The position numbers were made by a program, and so were the translations under genes. The notes beneath the pieces were generated by a model, which saw only the letters and a list, made by a program, of their open reading frames with translations, had not been told where the DNA came from and searched no databases. DNA of 64,000 bases from Eledone cirrhosa (Eukaryota): contig OZ024741.1 in the NCBI GenBank assembly GCA_964016885.1, forward strand, positions 225,866,001 through 225,930,000, given 5' to 3'. Positions 1-13,232 of this stretch are shown piece after piece (within the stretch, counting starts at the first letter, position 1; every line of letters begins with the position of its first letter).

Positions 1-65
1 CCAAATCATGGCGTCAGACCCTCTACCGATACTGCCAATCCACTGCCCATTGTCAATAATAATAA

Positions 66-241
66 TTGTTTCTACTTTAGGCACAAGGCCAGCAATTAAC
101 CAGTGCATTACTGGTACTTTATTTTATCGACCCCGTAAGGATGAAAGGCAAAGTTAACCTCGGCGAGATTTGAACTCAGACCGTAAAGGGACGTAACTAT
201 GCTGGAAAGCATGACGTCCGACTCTCTACCGATACTGCCAA
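66..241 (-). mobile_element. tRNA-derived Nin-domain SINE (octopus-type). Further copies or fragments near 1-52, 843-956, 2835-3028, 3744-3929, 10100-10167, 12540-12900, 13710-13856, 14880-15090, 26015-26218, 37035-37250, 57230-57420 (mostly - strand) and 35936-36095, 54053-54153 (+)
   Basis: A box tggcagtatcggta, B box gagttcaaatc, core gcctttcatccttacggggtcgataaaataaagtaccag and (att)n tail, repeated more than 20 times. Confidence 0.9.
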
Positions 242-1302
242 TAATAATAATGATTTCTAATTTAAGTACAAAGTCGAAAAGTTTTTTATGAACATTTTTA
301 GTGAAATGTTGAAAAAAGTTTTTATGTGAAGAGAAACATTTTCGAGACTACTTTTTCGAAATCTTCAGGTATGAGGAAATATTCAATAGATTATTTTTAC
401 CAGATTCTACATATTTCTAACGCAAGTGTAGGTTGAGCACTAAACGTTCTTTTTTTTTTTGCATGATTACATTGGCAGCAGACCAGGAATATATAACTTG
501 TTATACAGTCGTCTGAAATATTGACTAAGAGAAAACATATACCTCACTGGCATACATATTATCAAACTAAAAATTTCCTACAAATCTTGCTCAAATCTAA
601 CCCTGACATTGTAATAAAGGCTTCGACACGAAAACATATACGCAATGCATTTAATCATGTCTATTAATTCAAGAATATTTTATAGAGTTACAGTTTACAG
701 TGACAAGGGCAAGAACAACATCAGCCAACATGCAAGCATCTTCTAGAAATAGCTATTAAATCTCTCCTCAAAACACAGCATAACATATTAAAATAAGAAG
801 TACATGTGAGATAAAGTGGTTCAAGTTGCATCACGGAAATAATTGTTTCTACTTTTGGCACAAGGCCAGCAATTACCCAGTGTATTACTGGTACTTTATT
901 TTATCGACCCCGTAAGGATGAAAGGCAAAGTTAACCTCGGCGGGATTTGAACTCACGGAAATAATATGGGAAAGATGGGCACGGCCAGCTACATTGATAC
1001 TCACACACCAATCAGAACAGCATTATAAAATGTATGTTAGTCAGTGAACTATTGTGTTTTTGTTTTATTTTTCCTCATCTGAACCAGACTTAATAGAATT
1101 GTTAGTAGTAAGAATGAGAGCAGCGTCCCAATAAGTAAAATATAACAAACCCCAGCATTCCTCTCATTTGCAGACAGTGAATATAGAGTCAGAATGTTGA
1201 GTTAGAGAAAAGGCCAGAAGGTCAGTTTTCAGTGCCAATGAATAAATGTGTTGTAAGTATATAAATATAAACGTAGTCATTCTGTATTTTATATATATAT
1301 AT

Positions 1303-1388
<86 letters not shown>

Positions 1389-1588
1389 CTTTGTGTATGT
1401 ATGTATGTATATATCTATCCACACACACACACACACATATATATATGTGTGCGTGTGTATGTATATATCTATACACACACAACACACATATATATATATA
1501 TGCCTATATAGCATAAAGCAGTGGGATGTTTAGCAACTTACATACCACGATGAGTGAACAGTATTTCGTTAATGAGAGAGAGAGGGAG

Positions 1589-1631
<43 letters not shown>

Positions 1632-2000
1632 ACAAAAGATAGCTCAAGAACTATTGTTTCGTGTTTATTTGTTTTCCATCATCTGTGGCTTCAGAGTTTA
1701 ATATAATAGAGAAGGTGAACGAGGGAGTAAGGTGGGGAGAAAAGGAAGACACAGATGGACAGATACTCAGACAGATATACAGATACATAGAGTGATAGAG
1801 GGATATACATATATGCAGATAGGAAGACAGACAGATAGACAGATAGATAGACAAACAAACAAAGATGGAAAGCACGAAGGAAATAAATAAAGAAAGAAAA
1901 TAGAAAGAAAGTAACAAAGGATGGAGAGAAGAAATTAAGATTAGAACAAATTCTTTCTAAGAAAATGATCTAGAAATAACTGAGTTAAAGTCTTCATATA

Positions 2001-2182
2001 ATTGTTTCTACTTTTGGCACAACACCAGCAATTATCCCAGTGCATTACTGGTACTTTATTTTATCGACCCCGTAAGGATGAAAGGCAAAGTTAACCTTGG
2101 CAGGATTTGAATTCAGAACGTAGAGGGCCATAACTCTATGCTGCAAAACATGGTGTCTGATGCTTTACTGATACTGCCAATC
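2001..2182 (-). mobile_element. Nin-domain SINE, left member of a head-to-head pair
   Basis: Near full-length reverse-complement match to the SINE consensus. Confidence 0.9.
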
Positions 2183-2202
2183 TAATATTAAATGAATAGA
2201 AG

Positions 2203-2382
2203 ATTGGCAGTGTCGGTAGAAGGTCGGACGCCATGCTTTGACGGATAGAGTTACGGCCCTTGCCATTCTGTGTTCAAATCCCGCCGAGGCTAACTTTGCC
2301 TTTCATCCTTACGGGGTCGATAAAATAAAGTACCAGTAATGCACTGGGTAATTGCTGGCCTTGTGCCAAAAGTAGAAACAAT
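2203..2382 (+). mobile_element. Nin-domain SINE, right member of a head-to-head pair
   Basis: ttggcagtgtcggtaga...gttcaaatcccgccgagg...agtagaaacaa. Confidence 0.9.
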
Positions 2383-2489
2383 TAAATGAATAGAAGTAAA
2401 CATATACACACATGTATATTAGGTTCAAACACAGAGGAGCCGAACTCCCTCTGTCGTTCTTGCGTATCTCTCGCCCTCCCACCTCCCTC

Positions 2490-2822
2490 TACTATGAGCA
2501 AGTGGGGTTCCACGCGACTTGGAGAGTTTATCGTCCTCAGTCCGAAGTGCAACAGAGCCTGGGTTAATCGCAGACTGCACCAGATTGCCGCTTGAGAATG
2601 TGCTACTGCATGCAGCATCCCAGACGAGGAGTGTATCACCGGGGAACGGGAAGATGGTCGTGCCGTCTGGCTGTTTGCCGTCTCCTCGGTCCACCACCAC
2701 CGGCTCAAGGTGGGAGGGGAAGCCTGCAGCATCCAAGCCATGCTTTATGACCTCGTTGAAAGCAGGATGGCGTGGAAGGCGACAGGCACTGTAGTGACAG
2801 GACAGCATATGGAGGCCGAATG
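2490..2822 (-). mobile_element. CRE-clade non-LTR retrotransposon fragment (restriction-like endonuclease, RLE)
   Basis: FGLHMLSC...HPAFNEVIK...DGKQPDGTTIFPF...LVWDAAC; homologous to 37497-38250. Confidence 0.85.
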
Positions 2823-3289
2823 ATTTTTGGCACAAAGCTGGCAATTTGGGCAAAGGGGAAAGTCGGTTATATCGACTCCATTACATTACTGGTACTTTAA
2901 TTTATTGACCCTGAAAGGATGAAAAGTAAAGTTGATACTGCCGGAATTTGAAGTTTGAACGTAGAAATTCGTAATTAAATGCTGCAAAGCATTCTGTCCG
3001 ATGCTCTACAAATTCTGCCAATTCACTGGCCTTGAAGAGAGAGGAAAGAATGGAAGAAGGAAATAAAGGGGGACGGATCTGAGAAGACTGAAAAGTGAAA
3101 AGGGAAAACAGTACTTGATGAAAGAAAGACAAGGAAAAAGAAATATAAAAAGAAAGAAAGGAGTGTAGAAACCAAATAATGAAAAGTAAAAAAATGGAAG
3201 GGGAAAGTGAGAGAGTGAGAGAGAGAGACAATGAGAGTGAGAGTGAGTGAGAGAGAGAAAGCGAGAGAGAGAGAGAGAGAGAGGGGGGC

Positions 3290-3325
<36 letters not shown>

Positions 3326-3932
3326 GGGGGGGCGAGAGAGAGAGAGAAATGTGGAAAAAAAGAGAAAACAAAACAATAAAAGAATGGAAAGGTGAAAGAA
3401 GACATTGGAGAAATGAGAAAATAGACTCGAAAAAGGGGAGAACAAAAGGAAGAAAAATAAATATTGAAACAAAGTGATAAACAGAATAGAGTAATATTTT
3501 CGTACTCCTGATAATACTGTTTGAATAAGAACCGATTAACTGTCGTATAAAATGCTCCTATTTTCATTTCGGATTATATATATTATAAATATTATACATT
3601 TTACATTTTACGTATACATTTATTTTATATTCTGTTTACTATTATTGTTGTTTACCCTGTGGTCTTTCTTTTCTTGCTTATATTTTTCCTGCAACCGTAC
3701 GTTGTAAATTCAAATGGAATATTACACACACACATATACACACATTGTTTCTACTTTTGGCACAAGGCCAGCAATTACCCAGTACATTACTGGTACTTTA
3801 TTTTATCGACCCCGTAAGGGTGAAAGGCAAAGTTATCCTCGGCGGGATTTGAACTCAGATCGTAAAGGGACGTAACTATGCTGGAAAGCATGGCGTCCGA
3901 CCCTCTACCGATATTCCCAATTCACCGCCCAT

Positions 3933-4178
3933 ATATAATAAGAGCTCGGTTGTAGTGCCGGAATTTAAGTGCGGTATGGGTCGAAGAGTGCTCGACTTCG
4001 GAGGTAGGAGCTAAAGAACAAAGTGGTTGTGGTAAGATACGAGGTGGACCATAACGCACCAGAGTACTCAATACTTAGGGTAGTAGAGTGGGTAATAAGA
4101 AAAGAGTCAGGATCTCGACGGCTGAACTCCGGCTAATTCGTAGATCACCTGTCGGAGTCCTGACTCTTTTCTTATATA
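3933..4178 (-). mobile_element. Penelope-like terminal fragment(s) in (TA)n, with a short inverted repeat and two bulged-hairpin motifs; related to 63513-63702
   Basis: Shares aggtggaccataacgcacca.agtactcaatactt with 63540; inverted repeat 4095-4120 / 4150-4175. Confidence 0.65.
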
Positions 4179-4229
4179 TCTATATCTATATCTATATGTA
4201 TATCTATATCTATTTATCTATCTGTCTAT

Positions 4230-4578
4230 CTAGAGGTTACATGGTGGACAACATTGAGAGGACCGAGGACAGATGCCTTTCTTTCCGGACAACAACTCAT
4301 TCCCTTCTTTAGAAGGAGAATCAGAGTGGAGTGAGAGTACTGCACCCCAGTAAATTTTCTGAAAGGTGGGTGAATGTGGCAAAAGGAAGAAAGGAGCACT
4401 TGCACAGCATGCACGGGGTATAAAATAACCCATTTGTAACGCCTCCCCCCTATTGGGGATTTCGATTGTTGAATTTGTTTGTTGAAAATATTTTTTTACA
4501 CGATTGCATGTAAAATCCCCGGCATATGTCCTTGTTTTGTATCCTTCTCTTGTGCGCCCTTGTGGCAAATAAAGAAAT
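4230..4578 (+). mobile_element. Tx1/L1-like LINE 3' fragment in (CTAT)n
   Basis: Similar to the end of ORF2 and the 3' UTR of the Tx1 copies at 28800-29290 (gcccttgtggc.aataaagaaat). Confidence 0.75.
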
Positions 4579-5104
4579 CTATCTATCTATCTATCTCTCT
4601 ATCTATCTATCTGTCTATCTAGTTATATACTATATATATATATATATATATAATTGCCACTTCTTTACAGAAGACAGCCATCTCGTCAACGCGTTTCCTG
4701 GTATGATGAACCACCGGCAACTGCAGGTTTCTGGCCAGGTTGATGACTTATCAGGCTTTGTTTAGGTCAACCTTTCTCGTCTCTTCCCATGTGGTATGGG
4801 TGACCAATGCCCCCCCCCCCACCCCAATGCTGCTAGATTTATGACTAAGTACTACTAATAGGTCAAGTTTGCACACGTTACCACGTGAAGAAATATCTGC
4901 ACACAAAGACGGCAATGCTACGTGTTTCTGCACACATAGCACCGACTCCATCCCAACAGCTATGTGTTTAGTGACAAGTCAAGAAAAGATAACAGCAGAA
5001 TTACGAGGATCAAATGTGTTATTGTCATGGAGTTTAACCTCTCCAGCGGGTGTAACTGTACTCACCACGCTTGGCCAATTGCAGGTTGGTGAGGCTATTT
5101 AGCC

Positions 5105-5322
5105 CAGAATTGTGCTACATGCGGTCCGCGGGCCACACGTGAACCTTTACAAGCAAACCTGCGGCCCGCACAAGGGTTTTTACAGCACGAGCATGGTTTA
5201 TCTTCGTAATATAAAGTAAAAAAATGAGTTGTAATGTGTGCAATTAGTTGACGTGTGTGGCCCTCAGACAACACATATGTGACCCACGTGGCCCTCTGGG
5301 GACCCGCATTTTGACATGCCAG
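5105..5322. mobile_element. hAT-type MITE
   Basis: Degenerate cag...tttgacatgcc.g termini; 8-bp TSD atttagcc/atgtagcc; homologous to 15982-16200. Confidence 0.8.
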
Positions 5323-5908
5323 ATGTAGCCCATAGTTGACTCTGTGGAGTTCCTCGGCCATTTGACAGCTCTTGTTTTTTGTGCTGTTGGGTTTCCACTT
5401 ACCTTCCGCACCACGGCAGGGTATGGTGGGGTAGCCGGTTTAGCGACCGACCACCCGAATAGGTTGTACTGGGCTACAAGTGGCCAGTAGAAAGCATCAT
5501 CATTATCAACTTTACCATCATTTTATATCTGCATTCAATGTGGCATGGTTGACATTGGCTGTAGCAAGACATGTTAGAGAGATCTCATCATGCTCATTCC
5601 TTCCATATTTGCCATGATTACTATGACCGGATGCCCTTCATAACACCAACAACATTACTGTATTTAGTGGTTTCCTTTAACCTGGCACCAGCATTACCAA
5701 ACTACAGCGAGTACAAGACTTCTTTTATTGTGATACCAGCACGAGGGAGATTGCCATATACGCAGAAAACCGAGGAGTTATATATATGTAAACATTGAAA
5801 TGGTTGTTATCCATTTGTTCAGTTCATATCAATTTTACCGCCTGGTATTAATTAGGATGATTCATATTATATATTATATATAGATTTAGATGATTCATAG
5901 GATGATTC

Positions 5909-6038
<130 letters not shown>

Positions 6039-6105
6039 TACATATATACATATCTATCTATCTATCTATCTAACTATATATATATAGTTAAATATATATA
6101 TATTT

Positions 6106-6140
6106 CTAGCTGAGCTACCAGGTGATACCCGGGTATTTTA
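6106..6140 (-). mobile_element. Helitron-like 3' terminus (non-autonomous element extending rightward)
   Basis: Minus strand reads cccgggtatcacctgg-tagctcag-CTAG: GC hairpin followed by CTAG. Confidence 0.6.
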
Positions 6141-6914
6141 TGAAAGTTACAATATATTTGGCACACATTACAAAATGTTTGACCATTCAAATATGATTGC
6201 TGAATTTTAACCAAAGTAGGAATTATAGCAGAACATTTATTGCCGTTTGGTCAAAGTAAATCATCTAGATAAAAATATTAATTTTCTCCAGTTGTGATTT
6301 TTTGAATACTGTTACCTATTACAGTCAGCATATATATGATTTACTCATAGATGAATCATTAGGTATGTTGTCAGTGAAAAGGCCATGACGAAAAAAATAC
6401 ATTTAGATTTTTTTTTATTTATCCTTTTCTTTCTCCTTATTTATTTTTTACTCAATCTGAACCTCTGAAATTCAAACAACATGTAAAGACTATTTTAAAA
6501 ATCATAAATAAAATAAGAAAATAAATTTAGCATTGGTTTATGATTGAATGAAGCATTTACTTACTCATTTCTGTAATTTGGGGGAAGTGTATTTAAATGT
6601 GTACACTATAGCTTTCACCAATCTTTGCCTCTATGGCAGTAGGATCTTGTTTGAGGGAGATTTGTTTTCTATTTCTATTAGCTATACCAACAGTTATAGT
6701 GGCTCACATGACATACATAGATGCTTACACACACATGTATGTGTGTAAGACAGTTGTTTGTGATTTGAAATGGATTTTGCTAATATTTCTAGTAGATCGA
6801 GTTATCACATTCCTTTTTGCTTCATACATATATATACATACCTGAGCAAGGAAGGTGGGATTTGAAAGAAATTTGGCTGCTATTTCTACCTAACAAAGTC
6901 CTCACTTATACTAC

Positions 6915-9900
6915 TTTATATAGCAGAGGTACCCGGGAATGGCTGCATATTGTTCCAAAGTAACGCCATGCAGTAAATTTGCGGCTTCAGAATTCCTTGC
7001 AAACTACATGACTAAGGAATTAGGATCTGTGTGTATTGTCATTGAATGGGGAATTACGACATTGCTCATTCCAAAGACTCTGGATAAACAACATTCTTGG
7101 TTTTGCCCTGTGGTGCCACAATGAAGAGACAATCAGGGTTCCCAATCCTTGTTGTGCCAACATAGAGTTGACCATTTGAATAGACAGGATCTGCCAGATT
7201 CAACCCAACGACTTTCAATGATTGCCCCTGAGATTTATTAATGGCCATGGCAAAACTGAGCCTGATCGGAAATTGAAGTCTTTGAAATTCAAATGGCAAA
7301 TCTGTTGGCTTCAGATGTATTCTGGGAATGAAACAATTGTCACCAGCAAATTTTCCTGACATCATTGCAACTTCTAAAACATTGGACATCATATTTTTGA
7401 TGATGAGTCTTGTGCAATTACAAAGTGTCGGAGGATTCAGATTGCGAAGTAGCATAACCGATGCTCCAAGCTTCAGTATCAGGTTGTGTGGAGGAATTCC
7501 CGCTCGTTCAAGACTGTTCAAAAATGCAGTTGGATAGTTTACAACCTGGTCTTGAGAAGCGATTGTGTGAACTGATTTGTAGCATATTTTCTCTCCCGGT
7601 AACATCTCCAGCAGCCTTCTGTTGATTTCTTTCACAGCAACATTTTTAGGTGCTAAGATTGCCGTCACAGAGCCATTTCGGATCACATTGCCTGGTCTGA
7701 ATGTTTGGAAACACTCTGGCAATCAGTTCTTGTTCTGTGTCAATGATATGGCCAAATGACAACTGAATATGGTCATTGGAGTCCTTTTCAAGAGGTCCAT
7801 TTCCCAATTTAAGTAGTTGGATGGCAAACTCACTGACACCCTCGTCACCAGTTAAGTACACTCGCATGTTCGTTGTAAGGCTCAGCAGCTGAAAGCGGAG
7901 CCAGATAGGATGTTTTCAGACAGGCATTGATCTGATCAGCTCGAGTCCCTCGAAGAATTACAGGCAGAGTTTATCTGGAATCACCTGCAAGAACCATTGT
8001 CACTCCTCCCATTATGCAACTATTTTCTCTCAGATCCCTTATCGTCTGTTCCAAAGCTTCAATTGCTCCTTTATGGCTCATAGTAGTTTCATCCCAAATT
8101 ATCATCTTGCATGTTTGCAGAAGCTTTCCCTTAAGTGAGTTCTTCTTGGTGCTGCAAAACGATTGTTCATGCGGTGTGAGACCTATGGGCAGCTTAAACA
8201 TGGAGTGTGCAGTTCTTCCTCCATCCAGAAGTGTGGCTGCAATGCCATCAAGTGGCAATATGTTGCTTTTGGCGAACTTTTGCAAGCAGAGGGTCTATGA
8301 GGAATGTCTTGCCTGTGCTAGCAGGAGCATCGATGAAGAAAAGTCCTCCCCTATCATTTTGAATGCTTTCGATGATGTTGTGGTAGGCGTATTTCTGGTC
8401 ATCCATCAATCGAGGTTCATTTTCATCCACAAACTTACGCAGTGCTTGAATATCGTAGTTTGTCTCTTGAAAAATGTCTTGTGCTACCTCCATTTTTCAT
8501 CTGGCTCTGGCATCCCGCAGTTAGCTAATGTGCTATTCATTGCCTGAATTCGATGGGACAGGTCACAGAGAGCTTGATTGTAAATCCTGGGGTATATTCC
8601 ATATGCATATTGCCAAGATGTCTTCGGGCTAAATGTAGATAGTCGTCCGACATATTGTTTTTGTACACATGCTGTGAGCATAATAGCAAATAATTGTCTT
8701 ATTTGACTGGCTACTTGAGTGATTGCTGCTTCTTCTATGCACTTCTTCCAGTGTCCATTGTCATGCAGGAGTCCAGGCTGTTTACATGCTTCTTTGTATG
8801 TTGCGCACTCCCTTCCTCTGAAGCACCTAAGATCCTCAAATGACGTTGTCCTCGAACAGTATGCAGAAGTAGCCGTAAATAAAAACATTCTCTGTTGTTG
8901 GGATGGACATTTTATACACGCCCAATAGCATCACTTGACTTGACTTATGACCTTCCTCTAAATGACCCTGCTTTCTTCGATTCCAGGTCTTGCAATTGGT
9001 CCAGGTGTAGTCTGTTGGGACTTCAGCATATAGGAGGGATCGAGCAAATTCATCATTCTGGCAGAGTTTAAAGAATGACCACTTTGTTTTTGTAAAACAA
9101 TCTCACGCCCTTCATGCTGTTCATCAACCATTATGATTGCAACGTCATCAGTGACAGGTGCATTGAATCTGCGTTCATGTTCTGTAGCTGGTCATTTGTC
9201 TGGCCTAATGATGATTTTACGATCTCTGGTGTTGTTCATATGCTCCAGTGCCTATTTAAATACACTGACGTACATGTGATGTTGGTGAAGCATTTCTTGT
9301 AACTTTATGACTATGTAGAACTGCAATCCACCATGGACATTGGTACATATTTGTTGTGCCTGTGTTTCATTTCCACTCATGAAGTAAACCTGCACAAATT
9401 TGTGAGGCTCCTGTGAAAGTGGCAGGAGGCCACCCATTAAGTGGTAACACTGTCCCTGAATTCTATAAGTTGTACAGAATCTAAAGTCAGTCACATTCCT
9501 GTCAGCCCCAAAAGATGTCATTTGAAAGGCAGAATTATATTTTATGATGTATTTATTGAAGTATTATGCTTCTGGTGTATGCTGAAGGAGCAGATTCTTC
9601 AGAAATTCAGGAGGTTCTTGCATTGTTTTAAGGCTCACTTTGCCTTTTGAGAAGCATAGACTTGGTGTTTTTGCTGCCCACTTCTTGGCACCACAATACT
9701 GGCAGCATTTGTTCATTTTCCCAATGTTGATTTGTGAATTACTGCTGTAGTCCTTTTGGGGGTCATAAGAAAAAGCACCCATCAGCCAGTTCATTTTACT
9801 TGTGGCTTGGTCTCCTGCTCGGGCAGTAGAACGATGTGCTTGATTAGCATTTCGTCTGATTAGCTGCTATTCCTTAATTTGTTGTTCTCGTGTAGCAACA

Positions 9901-11255
9901 GTCCTTTGTTCCCTTTTATCCAAACGGTGTGCTCGTGCTAAAGCTGTTTGGGCTCTGTTAGCAGCTAGACGGGCATGCCGAACTTCTTCACTTTCTTCAG
10001 ATCGCTGTGTATTCTTTCTCTTAGACTCTGAAGATGACCGTCCATATAATGATCTGGAACGTTTTCTAGGCATTTGAAGTGATAATATTACACACCACAC
10101 GATAAAATAAAGTACCAGTAATGCACTGGAATAATTGGTGGTCTTGTGCCAAAAGTAGAAACAATTATTACACAACACACTCTTTCCGAAATAGAAACAA
10201 CTATAGAATGTATTGTTCAGTCAGTAAAGTTGTTTTAAATGATCTCTTTATATGAATGTATATTAGGTGTAATTAATTTTAGACATATGTAGAAAATATT
10301 GGGGTTTCAGATTGTACCCCCCCCCCAAAAAAAAAAGAGAAAAAACGACAAACACTACAAAAAAAAAATATTGTTAATCTGTGTTAATTCAAATAACAGC
10401 GGAAAATAATATATTCAAATAATATCTTTAAAAAATACCCTTTTTCTTTGTCTGTTAAAATCATACACATATACAACTTCTATAAAAGCATCTGCGATTT
10501 CTTTAGACATATGTAGAAAATATGCTTTGATGGTAACATATATCGTCTGCTAAAGAACGCCTTCCGCCTCCATAACACACACATATGTGTGTGTAAATAT
10601 ATATATAAACGCGGACACACGTTAGGTAAAGAATCCCTCCAATCACCCTCCCTCTCTCCTGCCTTTTTACTTTTTTCCTCTCTCACATCTTTTCTCTTTT
10701 CTTATTGTCTTTCACTCCCCATCCGCCTCACTCCCTTTCTCTTTTTCATCTCCTCTCTTTCTTTCTCTCTCTCATCCTCTACAGAATAGCGAACAAAAAA
10801 TAAATAAAAGATAAATAACATTGGGAGAGTTAAGAAGTGTGTAAAAATAATAAATAAATAAAAGTTAATGAATACTGGCTACTTTCCCTCTCTCTATCCC
10901 ATCCCATTACTCTCTCTCTCCCATCCACTCACTCTCTCTCTTTCTCTCTCATCCCCTTACTCTCTCTCCCACTCTCTCTCTTTCTCTCTTATCCCTTACT
11001 CTCTCTCTTTCTCTTTCCCACCCCTCACTCTCTTATCTACAGACTGGAGAACATAAAAAAATAAAATGGATGATCTCTTTTGATATTCATTAGAAAATAA
11101 GATACATTGAATTTAAATGAATTCCTTGCTTTGCAAAGTAAAACTTTTTCGACCGTTACCTGTCCGAGTGTATATTGAATATGTACATGTAATTTTGAGG
11201 AGTTTGGTCCGGTGGTTTGCTAGTTTTTGGCGGACACACTGAATCGTAAACTTGC

Positions 11256-11275
<20 letters not shown>
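6915..11275 (-). mobile_element. Decayed Helitron
   Basis: Helitron-like 5' end (tatataaa...gtgtgtccg...ggaccaaac) near 11270, Rep/Hel pseudogene 7066-10072, and a degenerate 3' hairpin near 6920-6945. Confidence 0.85.
7066..10072 (-). pseudogene. Helitron Rep/PIF1 helicase pseudogene, frameshifted, HUH core apparently deleted
   Basis: CQYCGAKKW..CFSKGKV; FQMTSFGA..YRIQGQCYH; FFIDAPASTGKTF; GIAATLLDGGRTAHSMFKLP; IIWDE; LAGD; RLQFPIRLSFAMAINKSQGQSL; GQLYV. Confidence 0.92.
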
Positions 11276-11282
<7 letters not shown>

Positions 11283-11288
<6 letters not shown>

Positions 11289-11620
11289 GAAAATCAGTCA
11301 TGAGGAAGTATTGTCATCTTGCCTGACGGTTTGAACCTTACAGAACCACCTGCCTCTTTGAGGTCAAATACCAACCTACTACCATCTACAAACTGACCAA
11401 TGAGAATCAAGACTATTCCTGCTGACAACATCAAAGTATTCCTAACAAGCTCATATGTCCCAAGGCTCTGATACTATCAACACTATACACACAGAGCTGG
11501 CATATCTAAGAACTGACTAACTGCCTGATGAGGTCATAGCCATTCAATGGCTATCATCGAAATATATATAACAGTAAATAAAGGATTATGAGTTCATCCA
11601 ATTGACTTATGTTTCGTCAC
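11283..11620 (+). mobile_element. Penelope-like 3' end/pLTR in (TA)n, same family as 47905-48345
   Basis: LPDGLN (typical GIY-YIG C-terminus) remnant, hammerhead and AATAAA; flanked by (TA)n on both sides. Confidence 0.8.
11520..11575 (+). ncRNA. Type I hammerhead ribozyme, one mismatch in stem I
   Basis: actgc CTGATGA ggtc-atagccatt-c-aatggctat-catc GAAA tatatat A | acagt. Confidence 0.8.
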
Positions 11621-11916
11621 TATATATATATATATATACATCCTCACATTTTTTGTATTGCAATCTTAGGTTATTGTGGCCAATAAGGAAATGGTCATTA
11701 TTATAATGATAATGTCTGTAATAATGACAATGATAGCAATAAGGCTTTCATTAATCGCCATGGGGTTATGTATTACTAAGGGATCGAGTAGCCAAAACAA
11801 TCAATGTTATTTATTATCTGCTTCGATCCCAGGATTTCGTGAATGAAAACAAAACGAAACAATTAAATCCGGAGTTGGTTTCTCTCAGAATATTTTGGTC
11901 CTGAATAGAATCTCAC

Positions 11917-12035
11917 CTGACATTGTCGTGCCTCTGGATGTATATTTTATGAAACATTCCCTGGTGTGGCGTAGTAATATCATCTTTCATTTCCATAGCA
12001 ACGTGCTGAGGTAGAACACTAAGCAGTAGTTTTTC
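11917..12035 (-). CDS. ADCY1: Adenylate cyclase next exon, start of the C1a catalytic domain
   Basis: 119-nt exon between tttttccttccAG and GTgaga; [39 protein letters not shown](S), in frame with the previous exon; carries the LLLSVLP and [13 protein letters not shown] motifs. Not in the ORF track. Confidence 0.95.
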
Positions 12036-13082
12036 CTGGAAGGAAAAATAGAACAAAATTGATTTAAAATATAATGCGAAATTTTACAAACAGAAAAAAT
12101 GATTATTTTTATATGAAGGCTAAATGTTTATAAAGAAATAAAGTAGTTAACTGAATTGACACCAGAAATAGCCATTATTTATTCTTTATTGATCGCAGAA
12201 GGATGAAACTCAAAATTACGTTGCCAGAGTTAAGCCCGGTTTCAGTAAACCTATGGTACAAGTTAACCCAACCATGCCCATCTAGTCATTGATTCAGACA
12301 TAATACACTCAGAACTATACTATCATATTAATTTCCTTACTTTTTCAAGATGCCAAGGTATAAATTATTGCTGCTATTTATAGTATGTGGAAAGATTTAT
12401 TAAAGACTACCAGCCCCATAAACCCGAGAAAGTCGAAGTTGACTTTTGTGATACTTAAGTTAAGAACATTGCTGGATTTCTTTAAATATCACTAGGCTAC
12501 CGTTTCTGCTATCCAGCAACGTATTATATTGTTAATAATTTAGGCCCCAAACCAGCAAATGTTGCGTTGGGGAAGAGAGTGTCGATTAAATCTATCGCAA
12601 TATTTTCTTGGTAGTAGTTTATTTTATCGACATCGGAAGGATGAAAACAAAGTTGACATTGGCGGGATTTGCACATATACCACGAAGCAATTTGTCGAAC
12701 GTCATTGCGAAAATAATAATTATTTCTAATTGAGGTACAAGGCTAGCAATTTGTGGGAAGGAAAAAGTCTATTTCATTGACCCCAGTACGAGATAAGTGA
12801 TTTATTTAATTGACCTCAGAAAAATAAAAGGCGAAATGACTAAATACTGTAAAGGATGTTGTCCGAAGTTTTACTGGTTCTAGTAATCTATCGCGCTTGC
12901 TAGAGTATTCATAATGATTCATAATATAAACGAAAGGATGAAAGGAAAAGTCGACTACAAGAGGTTTGAATTCAGAACGTAAATATGATGCTGGAATATA
13001 ATATGAGGATCTCAACACTTTTGAGGTATACTATTCCTATTAAATTATTAGCGTTGCTAAATATCGCGTGTAAATTACTTAC

Positions 13083-13232
13083 TAGTTTTTCATTCTCGTC
13101 CTCGATCTCAAGCCGTGCAGCAATACAGTTCCTCGTGTCGTAGAAGGTCTTCCGCTGGGTACGATCCGTGAGATTGTGGATAAATATCCCAGCCACATTG
13201 ACGCAGGCGAAGAACAAACCATTTGCCAGCAG
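13083..13232 (-). CDS. ADCY1: Adenylate cyclase (rutabaga/ADCY1-like) internal exon: last M1 transmembrane helix and coiled coil
   Basis: 150-nt phase-0 exon between tttatttacAG and GTaagt; LLANGLFFACVNVAGIFIHNLTDRTQRKTFYDTRNCIAARLEIEDENEKL, recognisable as the rutabaga/AC1 region before C1a. Orthology is inferred by recall, not by a search. Confidence 0.93.

Noticed and set aside
1164-1533. [12 protein letters not shown] ORFs here and throughout the track
   Set aside because: Translations of microsatellites, not genes.
2902-3567. 221-aa hydrophobic ORF
   Set aside because: Reverse strand of a GA-rich low-complexity tract.
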